This document shows, piece after piece, positions 43,113 through 52,151 of a stretch of DNA of 64,000 bases. Position numbers and translations under genes: made by a program. The DNA is taken from assembly GCA_044229475.1 (NCBI GenBank), contig JBGASW010000003.1:738425-802424 (forward strand), read 5' to 3'. Every line of letters starts with the position of its first letter. Positions within the stretch are counted from its first letter, which is position 1. The stretch is from Thermoanaerobaculia bacterium. Lineage in GTDB: Bacteria > Acidobacteriota > Thermoanaerobaculia > UBA5066. A model generated the notes under the pieces. That model saw only the letters and a program-made list of their open reading frames with translations. It was not told where the DNA came from and did no database searches.

Positions 43113-44653
43113 CAATGCCTGAAGTGTCTCTTCCCCGTGAACACCATCGCGATGCCGGCCGCGTCCGCCGCGGCGATGACCTCGGGGTCTTTCACGGAGC
43201 CGCCGGGCTGGATGACCGCCGTGACGCCCGCGCCCGTCAGGACCTCGAGCCCGTCGGGGAACGGGAAGAACGCGTCCGACGCCGCCACGGCGCCCTTCGC
43301 GCGCTCGCCGGCCTTGCCGGCGGCGTCGCGGCAGGCGTCGACGCGGCTCGTGCGGCCGCCTCCGATTCCGTAGGTCGCCGTCTCGCCCGCGACGACGATG
43401 CCGTTCGACACGACGCCGCGCAGGACGAGGTTCGCGAAGCGCATCGCGCGGCGTTCGGCCTCGGTCGGGGCGCGCTTCGTAACGACCTTCCAGGACCCCT
43501 CCTCGTCCGGGAGGAGGTCGCCCTCCTGCACGAGCAGGCCGCCGTCGATGCCCCGCGCCTCGAGGCGCGGGCGCGGGCCGGACTCCGGCGTGACCGTGAG
43601 GACGCGCAGGTTCGGCTTCTTCGCGAGGACGGGCTTCGCGTCCTCGGTGACGGCGTGCACGACGACGACCTCGAGGAAGCGCGCGGTCAACGCCGACGCG
43701 GCGGCCGCGTCGAGCGTCCCGGTGTACGCGACGACGCCGCCGAAGCCCGCGATCGGGTCCGACGCCCATGCGGCCTCGAAAGCCGCGGCCATGGGCGCGC
43801 CGGTCGCCGCGCCGGACGGGATCCGGTGCTTGACGATCGTGAGCGCGTTCGGCCCGACCACGCGCGACGTGTAGAGGGCCGCGTCCGCGTCGAGGAAGTT
43901 GTTGTACGAGAGCTCCTTGCCCTGGACGAAGACGTAGCGGGAGAGCGCCGCCGGGTGGGCCGCGGCGTCGGCGTAGAGGGACGCCTTCTGATGCGGGTTC
44001 TCGCCGTAGCGCAGGGAGGACGCGAGCCCGAAGGAGAGGGACAGGCGCTCGGGGAAGGGCTCGCCCGTCTGCCCGGAGATCCACCGGGCGATCGCGGCGT
44101 CGTACGCGGCGGTGCGGCGGAAGACCTTCGCGGCGAGCCTCGTCCGCGTCTCGTCCGTCAGGGCGCCGCCGTGCGCGGCCAGCTCCGCGGCGACGGCGGG
44201 GTAGTCCGCCGGGTCGCAGACGACGCCGACGTGCGCGTGGTTCTTCGCGGCCGCGCGGAGGAGCGACGGCCCGCCGACGTCGATCTTCTCGATCGCCTGC
44301 GCGAACGTCGAGCCGGTCCTCGCGACGGTGTCCTCGAACGGGTAGAGGTTCACGGCGACGAGGTCGATCGGGCCGACGCCGTTCTCGCGGGCCTCGGCGC
44401 GGTGCGTCTCCTCGGAGCGGTTGAAGAGGATGCCGCCGAAGAGCTTCGGGTGGAGCGTCTTGACGCGCCCGCCGAAGACCTCGGGAAACCCCGTGAGGTC
44501 CGAGACGTTCGTGACGGCGAGGCCGGCGGAGGAGAGGTGCTGCGCCGTGCCGCCGGTCGAGAGGAGGCCGTACCCTTGCGCGACGAGGGCGCGGGCGAAG
44601 TCGACGAGTCCCGTGCGGTCGGAGACGGAGAGGAGCGCGAGGCGGGCGGTCAC
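43112..44653 (-). CDS. purH: bifunctional AICAR transformylase / IMP cyclohydrolase
   Basis: GTG 44653 overlaps the upstream stop. LLSVSDRTGLVDFA, STGGTA. Full AICARFT domain. Confidence 0.97.
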   Translation of the reverse strand: MTARLALLSVSDRTGLVDFARALVAQGYGLLSTGGTAQHLSSAGLAVTNVSDLTGFPEVFGGRVKTLHPKLFGGILFNRSEETHRAEARENGVGPIDLVAVNLYPFEDTVARTGSTFAQAIEKIDVGGPSLLRAAAKNHAHVGVVCDPADYPAVAAELAAHGGALTDETRTRLAAKVFRRTAAYDAAIARWISGQTGEPFPERLSLSFGLASSLRYGENPHQKASLYADAAAHPAALSRYVFVQGKELSYNNFLDADAALYTSRVVGPNALTIVKHRIPSGAATGAPMAAAFEAAWASDPIAGFGGVVAYTGTLDAAAASALTARFLEVVVVHAVTEDAKPVLAKKPNLRVLTVTPESGPRPRLEARGIDGGLLVQEGDLLPDEEGSWKVVTKRAPTEAERRAMRFANLVLRGVVSNGIVVAGETATYGIGGGRTSRVDACRDAAGKAGERAKGAVAASDAFFPFPDGLEVLTGAGVTAVIQPGGSVKDPEVIAAADAAGIAMVFTGKRHFRH

Positions 44654-45237
44654 GGCTGGTAGGGTCCTTTCGCTTCGGGGTACTGCGTCACGATCGACGC
44701 GTCGCCTCCGGCCGTCTTCCACGTCCACGCGAGGAGGCGGGCCGTCAGCGTGACCGCGGCGGCGCGGCGCTGGGCGGAGGTCGCGGCAGGGAGCTGCGCG
44801 GCGGCGAGCGCCTCGGGCGCGGCGAAGGGGTCGGCGGAGAAACCGAGAAACGGCGAAGGGCCCTGCGTCCCGGGGGCGTCGGGCGCATAGGCCATCGCGG
44901 CCGCGTGCACGATCGAGCCGGCCGCATAGGCGACGTCCGCGAACGCCGAGTGGCGCCTGATCGCGGCCGCGAGGGCGCGGGTGTCCCGGGCCGCGGCCTG
45001 GCGGTGCGCGGGGTCACCGGGCGCGAGGATCTCGGCGGCGGCGGCGTCCGAGACGCCCTGCATGAGCCTCTTTCCGTGCTTCGCGAGCTGGCGCTTGAAG
45101 TCCGGCGGGGCCCAGGACGCGGCCTCGGCCGCGATCCGGGCCTCGTCTGCGACGGTCCAGCGGACCGGTTCGGCCGCGCGGGCGGCGGGGGCGGCGACGG
45201 CGAGGGCGAGTGCGGCGGAGAACGCGCGGCTCTTCAT
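44650..45237 (-). CDS. secreted hypothetical protein (Ala-rich)
   Basis: ATG 45237. Signal peptide MKSRAFSAALALAVAAPAARA. Translationally coupled to purH. Confidence 0.5.
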   Translation of the reverse strand: MKSRAFSAALALAVAAPAARAAEPVRWTVADEARIAAEAASWAPPDFKRQLAKHGKRLMQGVSDAAAAEILAPGDPAHRQAAARDTRALAAAIRRHSAFADVAYAAGSIVHAAAMAYAPDAPGTQGPSPFLGFSADPFAAPEALAAAQLPAATSAQRRAAAVTLTARLLAWTWKTAGGDASIVTQYPEAKGPYQP

Positions 45238-45292
45238 GGCGGGCGGATTGTACGGGGCCGCGCGTAGACTCGGTGGACACGGGATCAGGCGG

Positions 45293-46777
45293 ATGGACAC
45301 GCGTCGAATCGTGGCGCTCGCGGCCCTTGGAACGCTCGGCGGTGCGGCGGCGCTCGCCGTCTTCCTCGCCGAGAGGCCCATGGCTCCGGGCGCGCGGTTC
45401 CGGCCGGCAGCCGTGCCGGGAGAGGATTTCGCCCTGCTGCCCGAATCGGGGCGCACGTTCGCCCGGGTCGTCATCGGGCTTCGGCCCCACGGCACCTCCC
45501 GGAAGAACGCGTCACGCGGCGCCCGGAACCCTCGCGCCGTCGAGCTCCGCCGGCGTCTCTTCGGCATCGACTTCGAGCTTCTCCACGGCGCGTGCATGAG
45601 CGCGGCGCCGGCTTACTCCACGTTCTTCGTCGCCGTCCCCGACCCCGCGACCGTCCTGGAGGCGTCGGGCGAGGAGGAGGCCGATTTCCGTTCGTACCTC
45701 GAGTCGCGTCTCGGCTGGCCGGAGGCGGCGATCCGGTCCCGCGTGCGCTTCTTCCGCGTCTCGCGTCCCCTCCTCTACCCCCAGGACATGGCCGAGATCC
45801 TCGGCCTCGACACGGCGGGCCGGCTCGTCCTGGGCGTCGGCGCGGACACGGACCTGCAGTACATCGAGCCCGTCGAAACACTCGTCCGGGAGTTCCCCCG
45901 GGACTTCGCCCTACGCCGCCTCGCCGGCCTGCACGTCGGCGACGTGAATACCGAGGGCGGCGACCTCGCGTTGAGCTGGCTCCCCGACGGGAAGGTCGGC
46001 CTCCTCGTCGGGCGCCACCGCGCCGTCCGCTATCTCGAACGCTTGACCGGCAGCGAGATCCTGGGCCGGCCCTTGACGGAGGCGGAGATCGACGAGTCGC
46101 GCCGGGCGTTCTCGTTGGCGTTCTTCGGCGTCGAGGTCGTGATCGCCGGGGAGGCCGCGCTTCGCGACCCGTCGCGCGGAAGCGAAGAGCTGTTCCACGC
46201 CGACATGGTCGTCGCGGCCGTCCGCAACGATCACGAGGCGCTCGCGTTCGTTCCCACGTACGTGATGCGGCCGCGCGACGCGAACTCGGGCGAGCTGTTC
46301 CCGGAAGCGTTCGTGCGGGACGTCCAGAGGGAGTACGACCTCGTCGCGGGCCAGATGGAGGGACGGGGGTATCGCGTGGTCCGCCTTCCCTTCGAGGACC
46401 ACCCCGTCCGGGCGCCCGTGAACGTGAGCAAGTTCGTGGATCGGACGAACGGGAGACCCGTCGTCCTCCTCGGACGCTATCCGGAGCACCGGCCGGCAGC
46501 CCCGGGCGAGGCGAGCCCCATGCTGCGGCTCGCCGATGCGGTCGTCCGGCTCCAGTCGTTCGTCGACGCCTGGGAGGAGCGGCCGGAGGAGCCTCGGTGG
46601 GCGGCGCTCCAGACGGAGATCGAGAACGCGTGGAAGCAGATCGACGCCGCCACGGCGAGCCCGAATGATCTGTTCGAGGCGCAGCGCGCCCTCTACGAGG
46701 CGAACGGCATCTCCGTCGTCCCGCTGCCGCTCTACCCGAGCGGCGAAGGCGGGGTCCACTGCCTGCTTCTGCGCTAG
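45293..46777 (+). CDS. membrane-anchored protein with guanidino-group-modifying-enzyme (amidinotransferase/deiminase)-like C-terminal signature
   Basis: ATG 45293 gives TM anchor IVALAALGTLGGAAALAVFL (ATG 45596 is an alternative start). C-terminus ...PSGEGGVHCLLLR resembles the GG(I/V)HC catalytic-Cys motif of the GME superfamily. Confidence 0.55.
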   Translation: MDTRRIVALAALGTLGGAAALAVFLAERPMAPGARFRPAAVPGEDFALLPESGRTFARVVIGLRPHGTSRKNASRGARNPRAVELRRRLFGIDFELLHGACMSAAPAYSTFFVAVPDPATVLEASGEEEADFRSYLESRLGWPEAAIRSRVRFFRVSRPLLYPQDMAEILGLDTAGRLVLGVGADTDLQYIEPVETLVREFPRDFALRRLAGLHVGDVNTEGGDLALSWLPDGKVGLLVGRHRAVRYLERLTGSEILGRPLTEAEIDESRRAFSLAFFGVEVVIAGEAALRDPSRGSEELFHADMVVAAVRNDHEALAFVPTYVMRPRDANSGELFPEAFVRDVQREYDLVAGQMEGRGYRVVRLPFEDHPVRAPVNVSKFVDRTNGRPVVLLGRYPEHRPAAPGEASPMLRLADAVVRLQSFVDAWEERPEEPRWAALQTEIENAWKQIDAATASPNDLFEAQRALYEANGISVVPLPLYPSGEGGVHCLLLR

Positions 46778-49752
46778 AAGATCTTCAGGAAGTTCAGGGA
46801 GAGAACGACGCCGCCGTAGCCGCGGTTCCGGCCCGCGACGGGAGTCCCGGCGTCGAACCGGATCAGCGTCGCCCAGGGCCCGACGAACTCGCCGGAGATT
46901 CCGGCGCCGCTGAAGTAGGCCCAGGAGAGGCCGGCGCACCGGTCCGTCACCCGCGCGTCCTCGTAGATCGCTTCGAGGCGGAACGCGCTCCCGATCACGT
47001 ACCCGTAGGCGAATTTCGAGGTGATCGCCTCCTCGGCGCGCAGGGCGCCGGAACGGAAGCCTCTCAGCGAGGTGCCGCCGTAGAACCCGAACGTGTACTT
47101 CGAGAAGCGGTCCGTGTTGTCCGAGCCGAGGTAGCCGACGGAAGTCCGGATGCGCTGGAAGCGCGGCAGGTGGAAGTCCTTCTGCAGCTCGGCGCCCCAC
47201 GTCGTGAAGGAGTCCTTGTCCGGTGAGTAGTCGGGGTTGCCCGCGAAGCCCCACGCGTCCCACTGCGATCGCTTTCCCCACGCCCAGCGGCCCGTGAGCG
47301 CCCAGCCGCGCCAGTCCCACGCGAGCTGGCCCTCGACGCGCGTGAGCCAGTGGTCCGACGGGATGGCGAAGGCGGGCGACGTGACGTCTTCGTCGGCCGC
47401 GAAGTCGCGGTGCGACTCGCTCACCGTCCCCGTCAGCTTGAGGTGGCGCGTGAGAGGCACGCCCGCCTTGAACGCGGCCGCGAAGGAGCGGCTCTTCACG
47501 CGCTGCGACTCGTCCTCGGCGCCGTCGACGAAGACGGCGTCCGTGCCGCGGACCGCGATGCCGAAGACGTCGACCCCGACGTCGACGGGCGACCCGAAGA
47601 GGCGCGGCTGGCTCCACGACGCCGCGAGGAGGACGCCGCCGAAGAGGACCTGCACCTGGTCGTGACGCTTGCTCGCGTCGAGGTCGATCCAGTAGACGCC
47701 GAGGAGCGGGAGCGGGTAGTCGTACGAGCCGTCGTAGAAAAGGCCGGCGAGGCCGAAGAGGTGCCCGCGCTTGCGGTCTTCCGTGACCTCGCGGCCGCCG
47801 TCCTTCGTCTTCTCGAGGTAGCGGACTCCCTTCTCGGTGTCGCGGACCATCGTGTCCTTCGACGCGAAAGCCTCCTCGCGCTCGGCGCGGAACGTCGCGT
47901 CGTCGAGGCGTACGTCCGTGAGGACGCTCTCGCGCTCGATCACGGTCGTGCGGGAGAACGTCTTCAGGATCCACTGGCCCGTCGTACGCGTCGGGAAGCG
48001 GAGGGGCGGCCCGCCGTCGGGCGCCGGGACGTCGGTGAAGTCCGACGTCTCGTCCACGGCCTGGATCTCGCCCGTGAGGTTCAGCTGGCGGGTGCGGATC
48101 CGCACGGCCCCGTAGCCGTCCCGGGCGATCCACACGCGGCCCGCGTACGAGGGCTTGTCCGTCACGGCGACGCGCGGCTCGAAGTCGAGGGACCAGCAGG
48201 CCACGCCGCTGACGGTGTCCTCGCCGATGAGCGTGTAGCGGTACGCGTCGTCGAGCGTGAGCGCGAGCGGCATGTCCGAGACCTTCTCGGGCTGCAGGAG
48301 CGGCAGCTCGGGGAGCGTCTTGGCCCTCCAGCGAACGCCGTTGAAGTACGCGTCGTGCCACGCCCAGTCGAACCCCGCCCCCTTCTCGTAGAAGAACGGC
48401 CCGGCGAGCGTGAGGTCGAGCGTGTTGCCAAGGTTCGCGAAGCGGAAGCGCATCGAGAGCGAGTTCGTAGCCGAGAGCGTCTTCCAGCGCGCGTCGCGCG
48501 CGGCGCGCCACGCCTGGTGCCGGGCGAGGATCTCCTCGGCCGTGATGCCACGCGCCGCCGTGACGCCGACCGCCGCCGTCGGAGCCTCGGCCGGCGCCTT
48601 CTCCCGCGCGGTCAGGCGAACGGCGAGGGGGCCTTTCGCGAGGGAGAGCGTCAGGCGCGCCGGGACCGCCGAGGCGGGGATCTCGAGCCTCTTCGTGGCT
48701 CCCGTCGCGAGCTCGAGGATCTCGGCGGAGGCGTAGGGCGTCGCGTCCAGCGTCAGGGTGAAGGCGCCGGTGTCGGCCGGCGATCCGTCGCGGGTCCCGG
48801 ACACGAGGACGACGCCGCCGAGGTCGGCGCCCGACACGACACGGAACGCATCGCGCGGCGAGCCGTCGGCCGCGGCGACGGAGGCCGCGCGCGTGTCGGG
48901 CCCGAAATCGCCTGAAACGAAGCGCCCGAACCGCTCGAGGATGGCGTCGTCGGCGGGCGCCCACGCGGGCGAAACGGTGACGAAGGGGATGTTCTCGGGC
49001 GCGAGCCGGGTCGCGGCGGCGAGAACCGCGCCGGGGGTGCGGACGGAGCCGCCGAGGTCCACGAGCCCCGGCTTTCCGAAGGCGACCGAGTCGATGGCGC
49101 CTCGGACCTGGGCGGGAGTCGTCCGTTCGTTTCCGGCCACGGCGATCAAGTCGAGATAAGCCGTGTTTTCTTCCGAAAGGAGGAGACGGGCCTCGGCGCT
49201 CACGAGGTCGCCCGCGGCGCCGGGAGGCGCTTCGAACACGATCCGCGCGTGCGGGGCGGCCGCGCGCGCGCCCGAGGTGCACTTTCTAAGAAGATACGCC
49301 CGCGCCTTCGAGTCGGCGCCCGCAGGCGCCGAGAAGGAAATCGTCACGAGATCCGCGGTCTTCGCATCCCTCAGGATCTCTCCCAATCCCGGCCACAGGT
49401 CCTCCACGGTCGCCGCCTCGGCCGCACGCACGTCCGCCGGCACGGCGGCGTCCGGCAGTTCCAGCTTCAGGCCCCACTTCCAGCCGGCGCCGTGCGCGTG
49501 CTCGGCGAGCTCGCGCGACGCCTCGACGGCCGCCGCACGGCCTCCGGCCCAGCCGGCAGCGTCCAGACGGAGCAGGAGTCCCGGGGCGTTCGCCGAACGG
49601 GCCGCGGTCGGCAGGTTCGCGATGCGCGCGATGCGCGCGTCTCGAGGACCGACGGCGAGCCACGGGACGACGTACGGACGGGGCGTCTCCCCCGCGGCTG
49701 CGGGGGAGAGCAGACCCCCAAGGAGGACCGCGAGAAGCCGGTGCACCTTCAC
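46774..49752 (-). CDS. 992-aa outer-membrane protein: N-terminal unknown region, LolA/lipoprotein-sorting-like middle, C-terminal beta-barrel
   Basis: GTG 49752. Signal peptide VKVHRLLAVLLGGLLSPAAAG. C-terminus ...VVLSLNFLKIF. Its stop overlaps the convergent gene stop (CTAG). Confidence 0.65.
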   Translation of the reverse strand: MKVHRLLAVLLGGLLSPAAAGETPRPYVVPWLAVGPRDARIARIANLPTAARSANAPGLLLRLDAAGWAGGRAAAVEASRELAEHAHGAGWKWGLKLELPDAAVPADVRAAEAATVEDLWPGLGEILRDAKTADLVTISFSAPAGADSKARAYLLRKCTSGARAAAPHARIVFEAPPGAAGDLVSAEARLLLSEENTAYLDLIAVAGNERTTPAQVRGAIDSVAFGKPGLVDLGGSVRTPGAVLAAATRLAPENIPFVTVSPAWAPADDAILERFGRFVSGDFGPDTRAASVAAADGSPRDAFRVVSGADLGGVVLVSGTRDGSPADTGAFTLTLDATPYASAEILELATGATKRLEIPASAVPARLTLSLAKGPLAVRLTAREKAPAEAPTAAVGVTAARGITAEEILARHQAWRAARDARWKTLSATNSLSMRFRFANLGNTLDLTLAGPFFYEKGAGFDWAWHDAYFNGVRWRAKTLPELPLLQPEKVSDMPLALTLDDAYRYTLIGEDTVSGVACWSLDFEPRVAVTDKPSYAGRVWIARDGYGAVRIRTRQLNLTGEIQAVDETSDFTDVPAPDGGPPLRFPTRTTGQWILKTFSRTTVIERESVLTDVRLDDATFRAEREEAFASKDTMVRDTEKGVRYLEKTKDGGREVTEDRKRGHLFGLAGLFYDGSYDYPLPLLGVYWIDLDASKRHDQVQVLFGGVLLAASWSQPRLFGSPVDVGVDVFGIAVRGTDAVFVDGAEDESQRVKSRSFAAAFKAGVPLTRHLKLTGTVSESHRDFAADEDVTSPAFAIPSDHWLTRVEGQLAWDWRGWALTGRWAWGKRSQWDAWGFAGNPDYSPDKDSFTTWGAELQKDFHLPRFQRIRTSVGYLGSDNTDRFSKYTFGFYGGTSLRGFRSGALRAEEAITSKFAYGYVIGSAFRLEAIYEDARVTDRCAGLSWAYFSGAGISGEFVGPWATLIRFDAGTPVAGRNRGYGGVVLSLNFLKIF

Positions 49753-49778
49753 CCCGGCATTCTAGGGGCGGAACCTCG

Positions 49779-50255
49779 TCAGAGTCCGCGCATGTGGTCG
49801 CCGCTGGGCTCGACCGCGAGCACGGCGACGAACCAGGCGACGAGGAGCACGGTCCCGCAGCCCTCGAGCACGCCCCCGGCGCGCAGCAGCGTGCCGGCGT
49901 CCAGCGCGTGTGACTGCAGAAGGGCGATCGCAGCCGCCACGAGCAGCAATCCACCGCAATCGAGACCCAGGGAGGCGGCCAGGAACGCCTTCGGGGGACG
50001 GCTCAGGTAGCGCCTCTCGGCGAGCCGCGCGAGGGCGACCCAGACGGCGGGCAGCACCCCGACGAGGGCCAGCCCCTCGAGGGCCGTGTCCAACGGGAAA
50101 GGTGCCCCGTGAAAGGCCGTGGTGAGGGCGACGACGCTCGTCGCGAAGAGCGAGAACGTCGAGACCGAGCGGCTCCAGAACTCGAGGGCGGCGCGGCGGG
50201 TCAACGGCGATCGTCCGCTGGCGGACACGGATCCGGGCATACGCAGGAGCTGCAT
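49779..50255 (-). CDS. hypothetical 4-TM membrane protein
   Basis: Hydrophobic segments FSLFATSVVALTTAF, LALVGVLPAVWVAL, GGLLLVAAAIALL, TVLLVAWFVAVLAV. No family recognised. Confidence 0.45.
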   Translation of the reverse strand: MQLLRMPGSVSASGRSPLTRRAALEFWSRSVSTFSLFATSVVALTTAFHGAPFPLDTALEGLALVGVLPAVWVALARLAERRYLSRPPKAFLAASLGLDCGGLLLVAAAIALLQSHALDAGTLLRAGGVLEGCGTVLLVAWFVAVLAVEPSGDHMRGL

Positions 50256-50300
50256 GCAGTCGTTGGACGCAGCCCCCGCGAAAAAGTTTGCCGGCTCAGC

Positions 50301-51389
50301 TCATTTCTTTCCGAATCCTTTGCCGGATTTCGGCTCCGCCGACGGATGGGGTGTGGCGACCGTCACGGGTCCCGCGGCGAAGACGTCGGACGCCGGAAGG
50401 CCCAGGTTCGTCCGGATCTTCTTCTCGATCTCGGTCGCGATGTCCGGGTTGTCCCGGAAGAACTGCTTCGTGTTTTCGCGGCCCTGTCCGATCCGCAGGT
50501 CGCCGTAGCTGAACCACGCTCCCGACTTGTCGACGATCTTCATCTCGATGCCGAGGTCGACGAGCTCGCCGGTCTTCGAGATCCCCTCGCCGTAGCCGAT
50601 GTCGAACTCCGCGACCTTGAACGGCGGCGCGACCTTGTTCTTGACGACCTTGACCTTCGTCCGGCTGCCGACGACGTTCTCGCCGTCCTTGATCGCGTTG
50701 ATGCGGCGGATGTCGATGCGCACGGACGAGTAGAACTTGAGCGCACGGCCGCCGGTCGTCGTCTCGGGGTTGCCGAACATGACGCCGATCTTTTCGCGGA
50801 TCTGGTTGATGAAGATGAGCGTGGTCTTGGATTTCGAGACGACCGCGGTCAGCTTCCGGAGCGCCTGCGACATGAGGCGGGCCTGCAGGCCGACCATCGC
50901 GTCGCCCATCTCGCCCTCGAGCTCGGCCTTCGGGACGAGCGCCGCGACCGAGTCGACGACGACGACGTCCACGGCCGCCGAGCGCACGAGGGCCTCGGCG
51001 ATCTCGAGCGCCTGCTCGCCGGAATCGGGCTGCGAGACCATGAGGTTGTCGACGTCGACGCCCAGCTTGCGGGCGTAGTCAGGGTCGAGCGCGTGCTCGG
51101 CGTCGATGAACGCCGCGAGGCCGCCGCGCTTCTGCGCCTCCGCGATGATGTGGAGCGTGAGCGTCGTCTTGCCCGAGGACTCGGGCCCGAAGATCTCGAG
51201 GACGCGCCCGCGGGGCACGCCGCCGATGCCGAGGGCGTAGTCGACCCCGATGGAGCCGGTGGAGATGGCCTGGATCGTCTCCTGCGGCTTGTCGCCGAGG
51301 CGGACGAGCGCGCCCTTGCCGAACTGGCGGTCGATCTGCTGCATCGCCTGCTCGAGCGCCTTGAGTTTTTCCTTGTTCACTTCGACCAT
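50301..51389 (-). CDS. recA: recombinase RecA
   Basis: Walker [10 protein letters not shown]. Full-length RecA pattern. GGAG RBS. Confidence 0.98.
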   Translation of the reverse strand: MVEVNKEKLKALEQAMQQIDRQFGKGALVRLGDKPQETIQAISTGSIGVDYALGIGGVPRGRVLEIFGPESSGKTTLTLHIIAEAQKRGGLAAFIDAEHALDPDYARKLGVDVDNLMVSQPDSGEQALEIAEALVRSAAVDVVVVDSVAALVPKAELEGEMGDAMVGLQARLMSQALRKLTAVVSKSKTTLIFINQIREKIGVMFGNPETTTGGRALKFYSSVRIDIRRINAIKDGENVVGSRTKVKVVKNKVAPPFKVAEFDIGYGEGISKTGELVDLGIEMKIVDKSGAWFSYGDLRIGQGRENTKQFFRDNPDIATEIEKKIRTNLGLPASDVFAAGPVTVATPHPSAEPKSGKGFGKK

Positions 51390-51412
51390 GTGGTCTCCTT
51401 CAAGCGTGGCGG

Positions 51413-51418
51413 ATTATA
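51413..51418 (-). promoter_or_regulatory. candidate -10 box (TATAAT) for recA
   Basis: Perfect TATAAT on the minus strand, 24 nt upstream of the recA ATG. The -35 is poor (CCGAAT). Confidence 0.4.
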
Positions 51419-51435
51419 GGGATGGAAGAAGGGAG

Positions 51436-51467
51436 ATTCGGCTCGGATTCGGATTTCGGAATTCGGA
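51436..51467. repeat. short tandem GGATTCG-type repeats flanking element A
   Basis: ATTCGGCTCGGATTCGGATTTCGGAATTCGGATTT. The inverse, CCGAATCC repeats, flanks element B. Confidence 0.7.
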
Positions 51468-51557
51468 TTTCTTAGAAGGGTGAATGAGGGCGGCTTGCCG
51501 CGGGAACGGCGAGGCGGGCGCACTTGGCACAGCCCGCATTCACCTTCTAAGAAAATC
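51467..51557. repeat. palindromic low-GC element, copy A (recA / pgpA divergent intergenic region)
   Basis: ATTTCTTAGAAGGGTGAATG ... 50-nt GC-rich core ... CATTCACCTTCTAAGAAAAT. Arms pair over 17-18 bp with one bulge. Confidence 0.85.
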
Positions 51558-51605
51558 TTCTTGGGGCGAAACGGCCTAGGATGAGGCCGCAGGCAGAAGG
51601 AACGG

Positions 51606-52151
51606 ATGGAAATTAGGCCCGGAAAATCCGAAACGCAAGGAATTCTTCGCCCCTGGCGCGAGGTGTTCGCGGAGGCGCGCGTGACGACGCTCGTCTCGAC
51701 GTGGTTCGGCGCGGGGTTCCTTCCGATCGCTCCCGGGACGTGGGGGAGCCTCGCCACGATCCCGGTCGCGCACCTGATCGTGCTCCTGTGGGGGGTCTGG
51801 GGCCTCGCGGGCTTCGCGCTCGGCGTCGCCATCGTCGGGACACACGCCTCCGGCGAAACCGCCCGCCTGCGCGGCGTGAAGGACCCGTCCGAGGTCGTCG
51901 TGGACGAGGTCGCCGGGCAGTCGCTCGCGCTCCTTCCCGTCTACGCGCTCGTCCCGCCCGATGCCGTGGTCCTGCGGATCGGCACGATCCTCCTCGCCTT
52001 CCTTCTCTTCCGCATCCTCGACGTGTGGAAACCGGGCCCGATCGGATGGCTCGAGCGGCTGCCGGGCGGTTTCGGGATCATGGCCGACGACCTCCTCGGC
52101 GGCGCCGTCGCGGCCGCGATGGTCGCGGCCGGTCTCCTCCTGAAGGGATGA
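51606..52151 (+). CDS. pgpA: phosphatidylglycerophosphatase A
   Basis: STWFGAGFLPIAPGTWGSL, DPSEVVVDEVAGQ, FRILDVWKP, GFGIMADDLLGG. Start is uncertain (a later GTG is possible). Confidence 0.8.
   Translation: MEIRPGKSETQGILRPWREVFAEARVTTLVSTWFGAGFLPIAPGTWGSLATIPVAHLIVLLWGVWGLAGFALGVAIVGTHASGETARLRGVKDPSEVVVDEVAGQSLALLPVYALVPPDAVVLRIGTILLAFLLFRILDVWKPGPIGWLERLPGGFGIMADDLLGGAVAAAMVAAGLLLKG

Noticed and set aside
51524-51539. TGGCACAGCCCGCATT inside element A as a sigma-54 promoter.
   Set aside because: The GC of the -12 element is two positions too close to the -24 GG.
51467-51557. The palindromic elements as integron attC sites or as a LexA (SOS) box upstream of recA.
   Set aside because: There is no intI gene or GTTRRRY-type core for attC. 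The arm sequence matches no LexA consensus I know (CTGT-N8-ACAG, GAAC-N4-GTTC, GTTC-N7-GTTC and so on), and the same element occurs at many non-SOS loci.
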